Origin: Candidatus Bathyarchaeota archaeon
GTDB taxonomy: Archaea > Thermoproteota > Bathyarchaeia > 40CM-2-53-6
DNA: 64,000 nucleotides
Direction: 5' to 3'
NCBI GenBank assembly: GCA_963780265.1
Contig: CAWABQ010000010.1
Coordinates: forward strand, 32,288-96,287
Under the pieces are notes generated by a model. That model worked only from the letters and a program-made list of their open reading frames with translations, searched no databases and was not told where the DNA came from. The translations under genes were made by a program, and so were the position numbers. This document shows, in pieces, positions 61,063 to 64,000 of the stretch; the stretch's first letter is position 1; each line of letters begins with the position of its first letter.

Positions 61063-61944
61063 GTGATGGTAAGAAACACTAGGAAGGAGAGACTTGAGAG
61101 GCGTCGGGGAAAGGTGCATTGGTTGGATGTTATCGGATATGGCGCTATTCTCGTTTTCATAATTATTGTAGGGTACTTGGTGGCCCCCACATTTCAGTTC
61201 GGTTTACAGAATCAAACAAGCACTTCAGTTTCTCAGGTTACACGCGCCGCCATAATTGACCAGTTGAGCAGTGTACAGTCCGGTAGCAGCCTGATTTCTT
61301 GGACCGTTGGGACGCTGCAGCAACGGGGAATAGCTGTTGACGTTTTTCTGCCGGGCGATGTGACCGTAGCATTCTACGCCAGCCTAGCCGCCCGCGGATA
61401 CCAATTGATCATATTGCGGGTTCACACGGGCTTAGGCAATGCCGCTAGCCCGATCGGGCTATTCACGAGTGAAACTTACGATCCTAACCGCTATGTGTTG
61501 GAGCAGGCCAATGGTCTGGTGGGGAGCGCTCAAACAGGACCTGGAGCACCAATACTCTTCGCGGTGACGCCCAAATTCATACGTGAAAGCATGCGGGGCA
61601 ACTTCAACGGAGCCATCCTCATCCTAGGCGGATGTTACGGCCTTCAAGGCGGGGACCTCGCGCAAGCCTTCGTCGGCAAGGGCGCGGGAGTCGTAATCGG
61701 TTGGACTGGGCTGGTTGACTTGTCGCATACTGACGTTGCGCTGAAGCAGTTGCTGCAAGATTTTATCGTAAACGGGAAGAACATTCGTGACTCCGTGCAG
61801 GACACCATGGGAGTAGTCGGGCCGGATCCCACCTACAGCAGCGTACTCAACTACTACCCATCAGACCAAGGCAGCGTCAAACTAGCCATGGCGCCGGCGT
61901 GGACTATGAGTCTAGCGTTGCGAGGGCGCAAATCTGAACTCTGA
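61063..61944 (+). CDS. membrane-anchored hypothetical protein with possible caspase-fold (clan CD-like) His/Cys dyad
   Basis: N-terminal TM anchor. IILRVHTGLG and GAILILGGCYGLQGG: His-Gly and Cys each follow a hydrophobic beta-strand, as in clan CD peptidases. Confidence 0.3.
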   Translation: MMVRNTRKERLERRRGKVHWLDVIGYGAILVFIIIVGYLVAPTFQFGLQNQTSTSVSQVTRAAIIDQLSSVQSGSSLISWTVGTLQQRGIAVDVFLPGDVTVAFYASLAARGYQLIILRVHTGLGNAASPIGLFTSETYDPNRYVLEQANGLVGSAQTGPGAPILFAVTPKFIRESMRGNFNGAILILGGCYGLQGGDLAQAFVGKGAGVVIGWTGLVDLSHTDVALKQLLQDFIVNGKNIRDSVQDTMGVVGPDPTYSSVLNYYPSDQGSVKLAMAPAWTMSLALRGRKSEL

Positions 61945-62092
61945 TTTTGTAGACCTTCTGGAATCCGCGTAGACTCTTTTTCTTTTTCTCTGGGGCGGTC
62001 CTCGATGAGCCCTTGTCCCTTCTCAATTTTGCCTACTCGTAAACTGGTAGAAACTCTATTATAAGTAGGTTCGAATTGTCGCTCGAAGAAGC

Positions 62093-62776
62093 TTGGCTGA
62101 TCGCACGTCCGTACAGAAATTGACTGTCACCCTTGCAGGAGCGGGAGTGTTCGCAGCACTCGCAGCAATCTTAACCCTTGCAAAGGCTGCTGTGCCGTTT
62201 CCGCTTATTCCCTACCTTCAAATAGACTTCTCTGAAGTCCCTATTCTAATAGCATTCTTTCTGTTCGGCCCCACAGCCGGCGCGATTGCGGCAGTGATTC
62301 AATGGATATTTTTGAACGTCACCGGCAGCGATGCACCACTAGGTCCAGCGATTAAGTTTGTTGCCGTGATCTCAACGCTCGGAGGTTTGTGGCTGGGGAG
62401 CGAACTATATCGCCGGGTCAAGGGAAACAAGGCTCGCCCGTCCCTAGCGGTATCTATGATCCTCGGGAGCGGTATTCTCTGGCGGGTGGTTGCAATGACC
62501 GTAGTGAATTATGCGGTCCTAGTCTATATTGCGCCTGTTTTCTTTGGCGCAGACTACTTGGGCTTCGCCAAGTTCACGCTGGGGAAGTCGACTGGGTGGC
62601 AATTCGGCACCGAAACAATGGTTCTGACTTACACGCTGCTATTTACCGCGGTGTATAATGTTGTGAACCTTCTCGTCGCCGCCATCCCTGCTGGGTTGAT
62701 CGTTTCACCTATCACGAATTCGTTCAAACACATAACTTCCGTTGACGCTTGGCTCGCTCGAAAGACGCACTCCTAA
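62093..62776 (+). CDS. ECF-transporter S-component-like membrane protein (RibU-like)
   Basis: Six hydrophobic helices. Resembles substrate-capture S components. Confidence 0.4.
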   Translation: MADRTSVQKLTVTLAGAGVFAALAAILTLAKAAVPFPLIPYLQIDFSEVPILIAFFLFGPTAGAIAAVIQWIFLNVTGSDAPLGPAIKFVAVISTLGGLWLGSELYRRVKGNKARPSLAVSMILGSGILWRVVAMTVVNYAVLVYIAPVFFGADYLGFAKFTLGKSTGWQFGTETMVLTYTLLFTAVYNVVNLLVAAIPAGLIVSPITNSFKHITSVDAWLARKTHS

Positions 62777-62815
62777 GCGTCGTAGTCCAGTTTCCAGAAC
62801 TCTCTCTGGTCCACC

Positions 62816-64000
62816 TCAGAGTATTACGATGTTTTCGCGTTGGGGGCCCACTGACACGTACTGGATTGGCACCTTCGTAAGTTCCTCGATACGCCTTAGA
62901 TATGCCTGCGCTCCCTTTGGCAGGTCATCCCACTTTCGGGCGCCCGTTGTTGGTTTCTTCCAGCCCGCCCATTCCTCGTAGATAGGTTGCACTCTTCCCA
63001 AGTCAAAGGTGTCCGGCATTTCCGTAACTTCCTTTCCATCGAGGCGATAAGCTATGCAAACCTTCACCTTCTCCAAGGAGTCTAGCACGTCAAGTTTCGT
63101 GACTGCAAAGCCTGTGAAACCATTCAATGACACCGCATGACGGACGACCACAACATCTAACCAACCGCACCGTCGCGGCCGCTTAGTTGTCGCCCCATAT
63201 TCCTCACCGATTTCGCGTAGACGCTCTCCGTCCTTGTCGAAGAGCTCAGTGGGAAATGGGCCGCCACCAACTGCGGTCGTATATGCCTTCACAACCCCGA
63301 CTATCTTGTCAATCGAACGGGGCGATACGCCAGCTCCAGCACAGGCACCGCCAGCAGTGGGCGACGACGCGGTGCTGTAGGGGTAGATTCCCCAATCAAG
63401 GTCCCGCATTGCACCCAATTGCCCTTCGAGCAAAACTTTCTGCCCTTTTCCCAGCGCTTCCCGGAGGATTGGAAGCGAATCAACAATCCTCGCTCTCAGT
63501 TTATCGCCCCAATCCCTGGCTTGTTGCATGAGGTCTTCAAGTCGAAGGGGCGCCAAGCCATGGTAAGCCAACTCGTGGTTCTTGAGAGGAAGAACCGCCT
63601 TCAACCTCGTTTCCAGGAACTCGGGGTGAAGCAGGTCCCCAACTCGAACGCCTCTGTACGCCGCTTTGTCGCCGTAGACTGGTCCTATGCCGCGGCGCGT
63701 TGTTCCAAGGCCGCCTTTCTGTTCTCCCGCCCCGTCAAGGAGTCGGTGGTAAGGCCAAACAATATGTGCCCTTCTGTCGATCCAGAGGTTGTCGGTCTTA
63801 ATTCCGGCCTTCTCTAACGTTGCGATTTCATCGAGCAGGGAGGGCGGGTCGATTACTGTTCCTGCCCCGTCGATGCAGACGACTCGAGGGTAGAAGATAC
63901 CGGAGGGAATCAGGTGAAGCCTGAATGTGCCAAAATCATTCACGACCGTATGCCCTGCATTATTGCCTCCCTGAAACCTCACAACAAAATCGGCTTGGGC
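62816..64000 (-). CDS. purA: adenylosuccinate synthetase (partial; N-terminus beyond window end)
   Basis: GGNNAGHTVV, TTRRGIGPVYGDKAAYRGVRVGDL, GTTKRP. The ORF continues in-frame past 64000. Confidence 0.85.
   Translation of the reverse strand, partial: AQADFVVRFQGGNNAGHTVVNDFGTFRLHLIPSGIFYPRVVCIDGAGTVIDPPSLLDEIATLEKAGIKTDNLWIDRRAHIVWPYHRLLDGAGEQKGGLGTTRRGIGPVYGDKAAYRGVRVGDLLHPEFLETRLKAVLPLKNHELAYHGLAPLRLEDLMQQARDWGDKLRARIVDSLPILREALGKGQKVLLEGQLGAMRDLDWGIYPYSTASSPTAGGACAGAGVSPRSIDKIVGVVKAYTTAVGGGPFPTELFDKDGERLREIGEEYGATTKRPRRCGWLDVVVVRHAVSLNGFTGFAVTKLDVLDSLEKVKVCIAYRLDGKEVTEMPDTFDLGRVQPIYEEWAGWKKPTTGARKWDDLPKGAQAYLRRIEELTKVPIQYVSVGPQRENIVIL

Overview
This is a 64-kb window from an archaeal chromosome. 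The evidence is archaeal ribosomal proteins (L14e, L18e, S13/S4/S9/S2, L13), RNA polymerase subunits D and N, Cbf5, two group II chaperonin (thermosome) paralogs, RadA/NucS, GatD/GatE, archaeal-type GluRS, and a large ether-lipid and mevalonate gene neighbourhood (MEMO1, mevalonate kinase, HMG-CoA reductase, UbiA-type prenyltransferase, GGGP synthase, DUF2070, G1P dehydrogenase, MVD-like decarboxylase). GC is about 50%. The content looks thaumarchaeal or TACK-like, but I cannot assign a genus from sequence alone. Gene order is conserved for the classic clusters (cmk-rpl14e-cbf5; rps13-rps4-[S11 missing]-rpoD-rpl18e-rpl13-rps9-rpoN-rps2-memo-mvk). Key caveat: at least about 15 genes, including ribosomal, RNAP, RadA, GatD/GatE and thermosome genes, are split by single-base frameshifts. 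Where I could check, these sit in short homopolymers (A5, G4, C3). I interpret this as uncorrected indel errors in the assembly rather than pseudogenes, and I have joined those ORFs into single features. Outside the error pattern, the most interesting observations are: (i) cbf5 is interrupted by a clean 19-nt insertion exactly at the catalytic Asp codon, consistent with the splicing-endonuclease-type mRNA intron known for crenarchaeal cbf5; (ii) a 118-nt tRNA gene with very likely intron(s), followed by a truncated BBE-oxidase gene remnant, possibly an island boundary; (iii) a compact minus-strand operon at the window start (RHH protein, P-loop ATPase translationally coupled to a membrane protein, small membrane proteins, and a Thr/Tyr/Gln/Asn-rich anchored protein) with a divergent small gene guarded by two palindromic operator-like sites; (iv) a secreted sedolisin-like peptidase fused to about 25 pentapeptide repeats; (v) a 1.5-kb ORF-poor pyrimidine-rich region; (vi) a transposase C-terminal remnant; and (vii) a DUF2070 gene embedded in the lipid-biosynthesis cluster. 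No rRNA, CRISPR array or intact mobile element was seen.
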